Assembly: GCA_035265665.1 (NCBI GenBank)
Contig: DATFOK010000102.1
Location: forward strand, 4,705-68,704
DNA length: 64,000 bases
DNA from: Solirubrobacterales bacterium
Lineage (GTDB): Bacteria; Actinomycetota; Thermoleophilia; Solirubrobacterales; 70-9
Direction of reading: 5' to 3'
Numbering within the stretch: position 1 is the stretch's first letter; every line of letters starts with the position of its first letter. Under the pieces are notes generated by a model, which saw only the letters and a program-made list of their open reading frames with translations, was not told where the DNA came from and searched no databases. Below, piece after piece: positions 35,214-44,639 of this stretch. The position numbers and the translations under genes are program-made.

Positions 35214-35990
35214 ATGAACCAGACGCCCTCTCCCGGGCCCGGCGAGCAGCTTGCCGGCGAGCGGCGCCTGCTGGAGCGCTACGCGAAGGATCGCTCGGCC
35301 ACCGTCCGCGAGGAGCTGGTGGAGCGGTTCATGCCGCTCGCCCGGCGCCTGGCCGCGCGCTACGCCGGCGGGGCCGAGCCCTTCGACGACCTCGTCCAAG
35401 TGGCGAGCGTCGGATTGGTGAAGGCGATCGACCGCTTCGACCCCGCGCGGGGGACGGCCTTCTCCACCTTCGCGGTCCCGACCATCCTCGGTGAGCTCAA
35501 GCGGCATTTCCGGGACCGGGGCTGGTCGGTGCACGTGCCCCGCGATGTGCAGGAACGCATCCTGAAGGTCGAGCGGGCGATGGCTGAGCTGCCGGCGAAG
35601 CTCGGGCACTCGCCGACCGTGCAGGAGATCGCGGCGCGACTCGAGGCCACCGACGAGCAGGTCCTGGAGGCGATGCACGCCGCCCAGGGCCATCACGCGG
35701 TGTCGCTCGACGCGACTTCGACGACCGGGGACGGGGACGAGCCGGGACCGCTGCGTGATCGAATCGGCGAGGAGGACCTGTCCTTCGACACCGTTGAGTA
35801 CGGCGAGGCGATCGGCCCGGTCCTCGAGGAGATCTCCGAACGCGACCGCAAGGTCCTGCACCTGCGCTTCGTCGAGGACATGACCCAGAGCGAAATCGCC
35901 GAGCAGGTGGGTGTCTCGCAGATGCACGTCTCGCGCATCCTGCGCGCCACGATCGAGAAGCTCAGGCAGCGGATTCCGGAGGAGGAATAG
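35214..35990 (+). CDS. RNA polymerase sigma factor, SigB/SigF (group 3) family
   Basis: Sequence: DDLVQVASVGLVKAIDRFDP..GTAFSTFAVPTILGELKRHFRD (regions 2.1-2.4), then region 4 MTQSEIAEQVGVSQMHVSRIL. Start is ATG 35214 or GTG 35184. Confidence 0.9.
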   Translation: MNQTPSPGPGEQLAGERRLLERYAKDRSATVREELVERFMPLARRLAARYAGGAEPFDDLVQVASVGLVKAIDRFDPARGTAFSTFAVPTILGELKRHFRDRGWSVHVPRDVQERILKVERAMAELPAKLGHSPTVQEIAARLEATDEQVLEAMHAAQGHHAVSLDATSTTGDGDEPGPLRDRIGEEDLSFDTVEYGEAIGPVLEEISERDRKVLHLRFVEDMTQSEIAEQVGVSQMHVSRILRATIEKLRQRIPEEE

Positions 35991-36002
35991 GCTCGACGAG
36001 CG

Positions 36003-36815
36003 CTAGCTCTTCACCTCGAAGACGAGGAACTCGGCCTCCTCGCCCTCGGCGGTCCGGTCCCTGGTGACCTCCATCCTGCTGGCCAGCGAGCGCAGCGATC
36101 CGGCTCCCGGCAGCTCCATCTCCTCCAGCAGCTTCTCCCCCGCGCCCTCGACGAGGGGACCCACGCGGACGTCCAAGGTGCCGTCACCGTCCCTTATCGA
36201 GATCCCGACGCGTCCGTGCGCGAACTCGTCCCCGGCCGAGGAAGAGACCGCGTCGCCGAGCAGGACGGTGTCGGCGAGCCGATCGACGGAGAACTCGGCC
36301 CGGGCGGCGAGCGCGCCGATCACCCGGGCCAAAACCGGCTTGACCATCTCGCCGGGAGTGATCGCCATCTCGAGCTCCTCGGGTGCCTCAGCATGCGTTC
36401 CATCCCCGTTGTTGCTGAACTGAGGCGCCTCATAGCTGAAGCGGATCGTGGTCCGGCTGCCCCGCCCGGCGCCGCCGCTGATCTCGAAGCCGTCAGAGAG
36501 AGCCGCGATCAGGGGAAGGCCGAGGCCGAGGGACTCGTCGCCCTGGTGGGCGCGGGGCCGGAAGCCCCGGCCCTCGTCCGCCACGTGGACGTCGAGCTCG
36601 CCGGAGCGAGGCTCGGCGGTCACCTCGAGCGGCCCGGGCTCGCCCTCGTAGGCGTGCAGCACCACGTTGTTGCAGGCCTCGCTGACCACGGTCTTCAGAT
36701 CGGCGATCCTGGAACTTGACAGGCCAAGCGCCTCGCCGAGGCCGGCGACGGCCTGCCGGACGACGATCACGTTCTCGGCGGTCGCCGGGAGGGTCAGCCG
36801 GAGCTCGCGAGTCAC
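36003..36815 (-). CDS. Anti-sigma factor / serine kinase (RsbW-like HATPase_c) with an extra ~130-aa C-terminal domain
   Basis: N-terminal half: VSEACNNVVLHAY...DVHVADEGRGF...LGLGLPLIAALSDGFEI. The C-terminal half (GISIRDGDGTLDVRVGP...) looks like a degenerate second copy. GTGA overlap with the upstream STAS gene. Confidence 0.8.
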   Translation of the reverse strand: MTRELRLTLPATAENVIVVRQAVAGLGEALGLSSSRIADLKTVVSEACNNVVLHAYEGEPGPLEVTAEPRSGELDVHVADEGRGFRPRAHQGDESLGLGLPLIAALSDGFEISGGAGRGSRTTIRFSYEAPQFSNNGDGTHAEAPEELEMAITPGEMVKPVLARVIGALAARAEFSVDRLADTVLLGDAVSSSAGDEFAHGRVGISIRDGDGTLDVRVGPLVEGAGEKLLEEMELPGAGSLRSLASRMEVTRDRTAEGEEAEFLVFEVKS

Positions 36816-37216
36816 GGAGGAGGCTCCCCGGAATTGCCCGTGGCCGCCCTGACGGCCTCCTCCCGTCGGGCGTGCACGGGGAGCTCCGCCCGCAGGCCGG
36901 TGACCTCGAGAACGCGGTCAACCGCGTCTGAGCCGTTTGTCCGGGCGACGGCGAAACCGATCTTCCCCTCCGCCGCGCGCCGTCGCCCATCCAGGATCAC
37001 GCCGAGGATGGACGAGTCGATGAAGGTGGCGGGCGAGAGGTCCAGGATCGTGGCGACGCCCTCGTCGAGCAGTCCTTCGAGGCGACGCCTCAGGCTCGGC
37101 GCAGTGCTGAGGTCGTGCTCGCCTGAGATCGTGAGTACTGCCAAGCTTTGGTCCTTCCGCTCGAGCGCGAGTTCCCCCGTCCGCACATCGGCGGAAATAC
37201 CTCGTTTTGAGGTCAC
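36812..37216 (-). CDS. Anti-sigma factor antagonist (STAS domain, RsbV-like)
   Basis: Sequence: LTISGEHDLSTAPSLRRRLEGLL...ILDLSPATFIDSSILGVIL (phosphorylatable Ser context). The GTG at 37216 directly abuts the TGA of the permease gene, with AGGAGG 5 nt upstream. Confidence 0.85.
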   Translation of the reverse strand: MTSKRGISADVRTGELALERKDQSLAVLTISGEHDLSTAPSLRRRLEGLLDEGVATILDLSPATFIDSSILGVILDGRRRAAEGKIGFAVARTNGSDAVDRVLEVTGLRAELPVHARREEAVRAATGNSGEPPP

Positions 37217-38095
37217 TCAAACCTCCTGCTCAGGACGCACTGACGCCATCCGCTCCGCTCTGCGCTGCTGCCAGAGGACGAAGATGATCGCCAACACGGT
37301 GACGACGAAGAGCATCGTCGCCAGCACGTTGACCTGAACCGGGATGCCCCTGAGGTGCGCGGCGAAGACGTAGATCGGGAACGTCTCCGTGGTGCCCTTG
37401 TTGAAGTCGGAGACGATGAAGTCGTCCACGGAGAGGGCGAACGCGAGCAGCGCCGCCGCGAGGATGCCGGGGCGGAGCAGGGGGAAGGTCACGTATCTGA
37501 ACGTCTCAATCGGAGTCGCCCCGAGGTCCGCCGCCGCATCCTCGACGCTGCGGTCGAAGCCGATCAGCCGTGAACGGACCACCACCACCACGAAGCTGAT
37601 CGTGAACATGATGTGGGCGATCAGCAGGGTCTGGAACCCGAGCGAGAGCCCGTAGGTCAGGAACATCGAGAGCAGCGCCGCCCCCATCACGATCTCGGGA
37701 GTTGCCATCGGCAGGACGAGCAGCAGGTTCGAGGCACCGCGTCCAAAGAACCGATGGCGGACGAGCGCAATCGCCATCAGTGTCCCGATCGCCGTTGACG
37801 CCAGGGTGGCCAGCGCGGCCAGCTGAAAGGACGTCACGAGGGCCGAGTTCAAGTCGGGCACCGAGAAGGCGTGTTCCCAGTACTCGAGCGTGAAGCCGTT
37901 GTTGATCGCGAATGCGAGCCGGTCCCTGTTCTCGGAAGCGTCCGCGAACGAAAAAACCGCGATCACCGCGATCGGGATCAGCATGTAGGCGACCGCGAAG
38001 CCCGCGTAGATCGTCAGCGCGTTCCGTCTCAACCACGACCAGGCACGCGTCGGTGCCGAGATCGATGGCCTCACGGTCGCGGTCGCGGACTCCAT
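37217..38095 (-). CDS. Spermidine/putrescine-type ABC transporter permease (PotC-like)
   Basis: Six hydrophobic segments. EAA-type loop DRSVEDAAADLGATPIETFRYVTFPLLRPG. Confidence 0.9.
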   Translation of the reverse strand: MESATATVRPSISAPTRAWSWLRRNALTIYAGFAVAYMLIPIAVIAVFSFADASENRDRLAFAINNGFTLEYWEHAFSVPDLNSALVTSFQLAALATLASTAIGTLMAIALVRHRFFGRGASNLLLVLPMATPEIVMGAALLSMFLTYGLSLGFQTLLIAHIMFTISFVVVVVRSRLIGFDRSVEDAAADLGATPIETFRYVTFPLLRPGILAAALLAFALSVDDFIVSDFNKGTTETFPIYVFAAHLRGIPVQVNVLATMLFVVTVLAIIFVLWQQRRAERMASVRPEQEV

Positions 38096-38097
38096 CC

Positions 38098-38997
38098 CTA
38101 CCGAACCTCTTCCTCGCTGCCGGTGAATGCCTCCGTACCGGCGAGCCGGATGTAGATGAACACGATGATCAGGACGGCCGCCATCATCAGGAAGGAGAGG
38201 GCGGCGGCCAGGGGATAGTCGCTCTGCTCCAGGTAGCTGGACTGGATCCTGTTGCCGACCATCGTGTTGTTGGCGCCGCCCAGGAATTCCGCATTGATGT
38301 AGTCCCCGGACGCCGGAATGAAGGTCAAGATGACGCCCGCAATCACGCCCGGCGTCGTCAAGGGCAGGGTGACCCGAAGGAAGGCCTGTCTGGACGAGGC
38401 GTAGAGGTCCTTGCCCGCCTCGATCAGGCTGGTATCGATCCGCTCGAGGCTCGCATAGATCGGCAGGACCATGAACGGGAGGAAGTTGTAGGTGAGGCCG
38501 GCGATGACGGCTCCGGAGGTGGCCAGCACCCGGCCGTCGTCGGGAACGAGCTGGAGGAACTTGAGCACGTCGACGATCGGACTGGCGTCGGAAAGGATCG
38601 TCTCCCAGGCGACGGTCCGGATCAGGTAGGTCGTGAAGAAGGGCGCGATCACCGCGAACAGCAGCGGCAGGCGCCAGCGCGGATTGATCTTGAGCGCGAT
38701 CGCGTAGGCGAGCGGGTAGGCGATCAGCAGGGCGATGATCGTCGCGGCGCCCGAGTAGTAGAAGGTGCGCACGATCTGCTCGACCCGGCCGTCAAGCGCG
38801 TCCGGGTAATTGGCGAACTCCCAGCTGAAGGTGAAGCCCTCCGGCGTGTTCGGGACACCGGAGCGCAGCGACATCTCCCCCATGAAATACATGGGGACGA
38901 TGAAGAACAGGATCAGGAAGATCGCGCCGGGCGCGAGCAGGCCGTAGGGGATCAGGGGCCGGCGAAGAGTCGCCGCAGAGCGTTCCCGCTTCCGCAT
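38098..38997 (-). CDS. Spermidine/putrescine-type ABC transporter permease (PotB-like)
   Basis: Loop: IDTSLIEAGKDLYASSRQAFLRVTLPLTTPG. Polytopic. Confidence 0.9.
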   Translation of the reverse strand: MRKRERSAATLRRPLIPYGLLAPGAIFLILFFIVPMYFMGEMSLRSGVPNTPEGFTFSWEFANYPDALDGRVEQIVRTFYYSGAATIIALLIAYPLAYAIALKINPRWRLPLLFAVIAPFFTTYLIRTVAWETILSDASPIVDVLKFLQLVPDDGRVLATSGAVIAGLTYNFLPFMVLPIYASLERIDTSLIEAGKDLYASSRQAFLRVTLPLTTPGVIAGVILTFIPASGDYINAEFLGGANNTMVGNRIQSSYLEQSDYPLAAALSFLMMAAVLIIVFIYIRLAGTEAFTGSEEEVR

Positions 38998-39058
38998 TCT
39001 CGATTCCTCCGCCGGCGCCCTTATGCGAGGGCGCGCGCCAGCGCGACCCGTTCAGTCA

Positions 39059-40213
39059 TTAGCCTGAGACGACCTCCTGGAAGGCGGCCTCGACCTCAGC
39101 CACGTCCTCCGGGCTGCCCGGGGGATCCGGATCCTCGGAGCAATTCGCGATCTCCGCCTCGGTCGGGAAGATCTTCGGATCGTTCGCGAGCTTCGGGTCT
39201 TCCTTCTGGAGGATCTCCTGAACGCCGGCGACCGGCGTCACGTACTGGACGTATTCCGTGATCTTCGCCGCGTTCTCGGGCGTATACGCGAAGTCCAGGA
39301 ACGCGAGCGCCGCCGGGGTGTTCGGTGCGCCGACCGGGATCACGGCCTGGTCGAAGAACAGATCGCAGCCATCCGTCGGCCTGCGCCACTCGACGCCCTC
39401 CCTGCCGATCAGGGACGTATCGCCGGACCAGCCGATCGCGGCGACGATGTTGCCGCTAGTCAGGTCCTCCGTGTACTCGTTCCCGGTGAAGCGGCGGATC
39501 TGCCCCGAATCGCGCGCCTCGCGGACCTTGTCGATCGCCGCCAGCCAGTCCTCCTTCGTGGCCTCGTCAGGATTGACCCCCTCGCTCTGCAGGACGAGCG
39601 GAATCGTGTCGCGCATCTCGGTCAGCATCGTCACCTTGCCCTTGTACTTCGGGTCGAAGAGCTGGGCGACCGAGGTGATCTCAGGAGCCTGGTTGGTGTC
39701 GACGAAGACCCCGGTCTGGCCACCCTGCCAGGGAATCGAGAATTTCCGCTCCGGGTCGGTCGTCGACTCCTCGAACTGCGGCAGGATGTTCTGGAAGACC
39801 GTCGGCAGGTCGGCGTGATTGATCTCCTGCAGGTAGCCGAGGTCGTACATCCGCTTCGCCATCCAGTCGGTGACGACGAACAGGCTGCGGCCGCCTGAGC
39901 TGCCCTGATCGAGCTGCGGCTTCAGCTTGTTGAAGAAGACGACGTTGTCGTTGACGTCCTCCTTGTACTCGGTCTGGACGCCGCTTTGCTGCTCGAACTG
40001 GGGGATGGTGCCGTCCGGGCCCGGGTCGACGTATCCAGGCCAGTTCGAGATCAGGACGTCGCCGCTTGGCGGCCCGCCCTTGGCGACGGTGACATCGGCC
40101 GTGTCGCCGCCGCCGACCCCGTCGTCGTCGCCGCCGCAGGCGGCGAGCCCGACCGCGACCGCCAGGGCGACGGCGCCAACTACCAGGGCATTGGCCCTCT
40201 GCTTGATTGTCAC
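39059..40213 (-). CDS. Polyamine-type ABC substrate-binding lipoprotein (PotD/PotF-like)
   Basis: GTG 40213 lies 8 nt after AGGAGG and gives MTIKQRANALVVGAVALAVAVGLAAC (lipobox). Sequence: ISNWPGYVD...IPWQGGQTG...VAAIGWSGD. The longest ORF starts at 40276. Confidence 0.85.
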   Translation of the reverse strand: MTIKQRANALVVGAVALAVAVGLAACGGDDDGVGGGDTADVTVAKGGPPSGDVLISNWPGYVDPGPDGTIPQFEQQSGVQTEYKEDVNDNVVFFNKLKPQLDQGSSGGRSLFVVTDWMAKRMYDLGYLQEINHADLPTVFQNILPQFEESTTDPERKFSIPWQGGQTGVFVDTNQAPEITSVAQLFDPKYKGKVTMLTEMRDTIPLVLQSEGVNPDEATKEDWLAAIDKVREARDSGQIRRFTGNEYTEDLTSGNIVAAIGWSGDTSLIGREGVEWRRPTDGCDLFFDQAVIPVGAPNTPAALAFLDFAYTPENAAKITEYVQYVTPVAGVQEILQKEDPKLANDPKIFPTEAEIANCSEDPDPPGSPEDVAEVEAAFQEVVSG

Positions 40214-40232
40214 TTTCGAGTTCCTCCTCATG

Positions 40233-41387
40233 TCAAGTCGATTCGGCCGCCGCTTCCACGGCAGGGGCCGCTCCATTTGTCTTGGACTCCCTCACCACGT
40301 GCATGTGCTCGGGGGCCCAGGAAAGCTGCACCCTTGCCCCTCCGCCCGGAAGCCGCTGGCGCTGCGCCTCATCCGTGTTAGGCACGAGCACCGTCATACG
40401 CACATCTCCTGAGAGCCGGACGATCAACTGAGTCGAGGTCCCCAGGTAGAGCGAGCTCTCGACCAATCCCTCGACGCTCGGCTGATTCCCATTCCCCGAG
40501 CCGATCGTAAGCTTTTCCGGCCGGACCACTGCGTGGCAGCGCTCCCCGGGACTGAACCCGTCCACGTCCGTTCGCACCTGAACGCCGGTGTCGAGCTCGA
40601 TCTCGCCCGGCTGACCGCTCTTGCGGACCGTACCGGGCATCAGGTTGGAGACGCCGATGAACCCGGCCACGAAAGTGGTCGCCGGGCGGTCGTAGACCTC
40701 CTCGGGATCCCCGATCTGTTCGATCCGTCCCTGGTTCATGACCGCGATCCGGTCGGACATCGTCAGGGCCTCCTCCTGGTCATGGGTGACATAGGCGAAG
40801 GTGATCCCGACCTCGCGCTGGATCCCCTTGAGCTCGACCTGCAGTCGCTTTCGTAGCTTCAGATCGAGGGCGCCGAGCGGCTCGTCGAGCAGGAGCACCC
40901 GTGGCCGGTTGACGAGGGCACGAGCGAGCGCGACGCGCTGCTGCATGCCGCCGGAGAGCTGCGCCGGGCGGCGGTTCGCCTCGCCGGCGAGTCCCACCCG
41001 CTCGAGCTCCTCGCGGACTCGCCGGTCGATCTCCTGCTTGCCTGTGCCCTTACGGCGCAGGCCGAAGGCGACGTTCTCCTTGACGCTCAGGTGAGGGAAG
41101 AGGGCATAGCTCTGGAAGACGGTGTTGGTGGGGCGCTTGTGCGGCGGGATCCCCAGCATGTCCACGTCATCGATCGCCAGGCGTCCCGCGCTGACCTCCT
41201 CGAAGCCGGCGATCATCCGCAGCGTCGTCGTCTTGCCGCAGCCGCTCGGGCCGAGCATGGTGAAGAACTCGCCTTCGGCGATGTCGAGGTCGATCGCGTC
41301 GACCGCCGTCAGCTCACCGAAGCGCTTGGTGACGGAGTCGAGTACGACGCACGGGCCGCCGTTCCGCGTTCCGTCTCCGCTCTCCAA
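40233..41387 (-). CDS. Polyamine-type ABC transporter ATP-binding protein (PotA-like, with C-terminal TOBE-like domain)
   Basis: Walker A GPSGCGKTT, signature [15 protein letters not shown], Walker [15 protein letters not shown] 41387 lies 6 nt after AAGGAG. Confidence 0.92.
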   Translation of the reverse strand: MESGDGTRNGGPCVVLDSVTKRFGELTAVDAIDLDIAEGEFFTMLGPSGCGKTTTLRMIAGFEEVSAGRLAIDDVDMLGIPPHKRPTNTVFQSYALFPHLSVKENVAFGLRRKGTGKQEIDRRVREELERVGLAGEANRRPAQLSGGMQQRVALARALVNRPRVLLLDEPLGALDLKLRKRLQVELKGIQREVGITFAYVTHDQEEALTMSDRIAVMNQGRIEQIGDPEEVYDRPATTFVAGFIGVSNLMPGTVRKSGQPGEIELDTGVQVRTDVDGFSPGERCHAVVRPEKLTIGSGNGNQPSVEGLVESSLYLGTSTQLIVRLSGDVRMTVLVPNTDEAQRQRLPGGGARVQLSWAPEHMHVVRESKTNGAAPAVEAAAEST

Positions 41388-41649
41388 GCTCGTCTCCTTC
41401 CCGCTCCCCGGATGCCGTGGGAGTGTTCGTCATGCCCCGATCGGGCTCCGCCGCGACAAATTAGCCACCGCGGATGCCCGAGCGTAAGAACCGCGACGAA
41501 TCGTCGCAAGGGGCGAAAGCCCTAAAAGTCCAATGCGCGGTTGTACATACTGTATAAGCGGCCGGAGGCTGATTTCACACAATTCCGCTTGTAGCCCCGA
41601 GTGCGTGAGGGTAGTTTTGTACGGGGAGGCTAGACACAGGAGGAGACGG

Positions 41650-43089
41650 ATGGCAGCACCGACGAGCGCCGCGGAGACGGCCCAGGCAGAGGCGACCGCG
41701 CTTCAGGAGCAGGCGCGGCGGCATCTCTGGATGCACTTCACGCGGATGGGCGCCTACGGGCCCGACCATGAGGTTCCGATCATCGTCCGCGGCGAAGGCT
41801 GCTACGTCTGGGACGACCACGGCAACCGCTATCTCGATGGCCTCTCGGCGCTCTTCTGCGTCAACTCCGGCCACGGCCGGGCGGAGCTCGGCGATGCGAT
41901 GGCGGCGCAGGTCCGCGAGCTCGACTTCATCACGGTTTGGAGCTACGCCCATCCGAGGGCGATCGAGCTCGCCACCAGGATCGCCTCGCTGGCTCCCGGC
42001 GACCTGAACCACGTCTTCTTCACCAACAGCGGCTCGGAGGCCGTCGAGTCCGCCTTCAAACTCGCGCGCGCCTACCACCGCACGAGGGGCAACGGCCAGA
42101 AGGTCAAGCTGATCGCCCGCGAGATCGCCTACCACGGCACCACGCTCGGGGCGCTCGCCGCGACCGGCATCCCCGCCCTGCGCAGCGCCTTCGAGCCGCT
42201 CGCCCCCGGCGGCGTCCACGTCCCGAACACGCTCAGCTATCGCTGGCCGGCGGACAGGGACCCGCTCTGGGCGGCCAACCAGATCGAGGAGGCGATCCAG
42301 TTCGAGGGGCCCGAGACCGTGGCGGCGGTGATCCTCGAGCCGCTGCAGAATGCAGGCGGCTGCATCCCGCCACAGGAGGGCTACTTCGATCGCGTGCGGG
42401 AGATCTGCGACCGCCATGACGTCCTGCTGATCTCCGACGAGGTGATCTGCGCCTGGGGCCGGCTCGGCCACTGGTTCGGCTGCCAGCGCTACGGCTTCCA
42501 GCCGGACATCATGACCGTCGCCAAGGCCCTGACCTCGGCCTACGTCCCGATGGGCGGGATGATCGCCTCGGATCGGGTCTTCGAGCCCTTCGCCCACGAC
42601 ACATCGATGTTCGCCCACGGCTCGACCTTCGCGGGCCATCCCGTCTCGGCCGCCGTCGCATTGGCGAACCTCGACGTCTTCGAGCGAGAGGACCTCTGCG
42701 GGCACGTCCGCGCCAAGGAGGCGGAGTTCAGGGCGGCGCTCGAGTCGCTCTACGACATCCCGATCGTCGGGGACGTGCGGGGTGACGGCTACTTCTTCGC
42801 GATCGAGCTGGTCAAGGACCAGGAGACGAAGGAGTCCTTCGACCACGAGGAATCGGAGAGCCTCCTGCGGGGTTTCCTCTCCGGCGAGCTCTACCGGCGC
42901 GGGCTGATCTGCCGCGCCGACGACCGCGGTGACCCCGTCGTCCAGCTTTCACCGCCGCTGATCGCCGATACGGAGCAGTTCGAGGAGATCGTGGACGTGC
43001 TTCGCCCGACCCTCGAGGAAGCAGCCCGGCGCGTGGATCGGGGGAGCGCTGAAGCGCGGGCGCGCCCAGGGGCCCGCCTAGGACACTGA
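41650..43089 (+). CDS. Class III (omega) aminotransferase, putrescine/GABA:2-oxoacid (SpuC/GabT-like) type
   Basis: ATG 41650 follows AGGAGGAGACGG. Sequence: GLSALFCVNSGHGR...FFTNSGSEAVESAFKLAR...ISDEVICAWGRLG...DIMTVAKALTSAYVPMG (PLP-Lys). Confidence 0.9.
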   Translation: MAAPTSAAETAQAEATALQEQARRHLWMHFTRMGAYGPDHEVPIIVRGEGCYVWDDHGNRYLDGLSALFCVNSGHGRAELGDAMAAQVRELDFITVWSYAHPRAIELATRIASLAPGDLNHVFFTNSGSEAVESAFKLARAYHRTRGNGQKVKLIAREIAYHGTTLGALAATGIPALRSAFEPLAPGGVHVPNTLSYRWPADRDPLWAANQIEEAIQFEGPETVAAVILEPLQNAGGCIPPQEGYFDRVREICDRHDVLLISDEVICAWGRLGHWFGCQRYGFQPDIMTVAKALTSAYVPMGGMIASDRVFEPFAHDTSMFAHGSTFAGHPVSAAVALANLDVFEREDLCGHVRAKEAEFRAALESLYDIPIVGDVRGDGYFFAIELVKDQETKESFDHEESESLLRGFLSGELYRRGLICRADDRGDPVVQLSPPLIADTEQFEEIVDVLRPTLEEAARRVDRGSAEARARPGARLGH

Positions 43090-44639
43090 TGCTCACCATC
43101 GAGAGCCTCACCACCGAGCTCGGCCTGAAGGTCTCGGCGGGCGCGGAGGCTGCGGGCGAGCGGGAGATCCGCTGGGTGCACATCACCGAGCTGCTCGACC
43201 CGACGCCCTGGCTCTCGGGCGGGGAGCTCCTGCTCACCACGGGGATCAGGCTGGAGAACGCCGAGAAGCAGCGCAAGTTCATCCGCCTTTTGTCCGAATC
43301 GGGCGTCGCCGGGCTCGGGTTCGGAACCGGCTTCGACCACGCCAAGGTCCCGAAGGCGCTGCTCAGCGAGGCCGACGCGAACGCATTCCCGGTCTTCGAG
43401 GTCCCCTACGAGACCCCGTTCATCGCGATCACCGAGGCGGCCTTCAGCCGGCTCGTGAACGAGCAGTACGACGTGCTCTCCCGGGGGATCGCGGTGAACG
43501 AGCGGCTCGAGCGGCTCGTCCTCCAAGGGGGAGGACTGAACGAGATCGCGCGCGAGATCGCCGCCGCCGTCGGCGGCAGCTCGATGGTCCTCGATGCGCG
43601 AGGCGAAGTCCTGGCGAGCGGCGGGCGCAAGCTTCCCGGGTACATGCTCGACGCGATCCGCGAGGAGGTGCAGCCGCGCGGAATGGCCGCGGCTCCCTTC
43701 GTGCCGAGCCAGACCGACCTGCGGGGCAGGGCGCTTGCCCATCCCGTCTCCCCGAGAGCGGGAGCCGCCGAGGCCTGGCTGATGGTCGTGCGGCGTTCCG
43801 GGGAGCTGGGCGACTTCGAGCGGCTCTGCGTCCAGCAGGCGGCGATCGTGGTCGCCCTCGAGCTGATGCGCGAGCGCGTGGCCAGCGAGACTGAGCGGCG
43901 CCTCTCCGGCGAGGTTCTCGCTGCGACGCTCTCCGGGCGCCTCGGCGCCGATGACGTACGCGACCGGCTCGCGCCCTTCGGAATCGGCGGGCGGGCGGTC
44001 GTCCTCGCCTTCGAGCTCGGGGATGCCGCGGCCGCCGAGGCGACGCTCGCCGAGTTCCTCTCCAGCCAGAACCGCCCCGCCCTGGTCGCCCCGCATGCGG
44101 CGGGCCGCCGCGAGCTGCTTTGCGCGATCGTCGACGGAGGCAAGGGCGATCCGCTCGAGCTCGCCGGCGAGGCCCGCTCCCGGCTCGAGACCGCGCACGG
44201 GTCGACGCGCGCCGCCGCCAGCCGCTCCATGCCGACGGAGCGCGTCCGCCACTCCTTCCACGAGGCGCGCTGCGCTCTGGAGGCGACCGGCTTCTCCAAC
44301 GGCGCCGCGCCCGAGGTCGCGTGCCATCGCGACCTGGGTGCGTTCACCCTGCTGCTCTCGGTTCAGGACACCGAGGCGCTCCGTCTCTACTGCGAGAGCG
44401 TGCTCGGTCCGATCGAGGATTCGGACGAGCGCTACGCCGGTGAGCTGCTCCGCTCGCTGGAGGCCTACATCGACCGCAACGGGCACTGGGAGCGAGCGGC
44501 CGGAGACTGCTTCTGTCATCGCCACACCCTCCGTTACCGGATCAAGCGCATAGAGGAGCTCACCGGGCGCGACCTGAGCCGGGCCAACGACCGGGTCGAG
44601 CTCTGGCTCGCGCTGCGGGCCAAGGAGCTGATCGCGTGA
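43089..44639 (+). CDS. PucR family transcriptional regulator (GabR/PucR-type activator)
   Basis: The C-terminal HTH is CFCHRHTLRYRIKRIEELTGRDL. The N-terminus is PucR-like (IRWVHITELLDPTPWLSGGELLLTTG). TGATG overlap with the aminotransferase stop. Confidence 0.88.
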   Translation: MLTIESLTTELGLKVSAGAEAAGEREIRWVHITELLDPTPWLSGGELLLTTGIRLENAEKQRKFIRLLSESGVAGLGFGTGFDHAKVPKALLSEADANAFPVFEVPYETPFIAITEAAFSRLVNEQYDVLSRGIAVNERLERLVLQGGGLNEIAREIAAAVGGSSMVLDARGEVLASGGRKLPGYMLDAIREEVQPRGMAAAPFVPSQTDLRGRALAHPVSPRAGAAEAWLMVVRRSGELGDFERLCVQQAAIVVALELMRERVASETERRLSGEVLAATLSGRLGADDVRDRLAPFGIGGRAVVLAFELGDAAAAEATLAEFLSSQNRPALVAPHAAGRRELLCAIVDGGKGDPLELAGEARSRLETAHGSTRAAASRSMPTERVRHSFHEARCALEATGFSNGAAPEVACHRDLGAFTLLLSVQDTEALRLYCESVLGPIEDSDERYAGELLRSLEAYIDRNGHWERAAGDCFCHRHTLRYRIKRIEELTGRDLSRANDRVELWLALRAKELIA

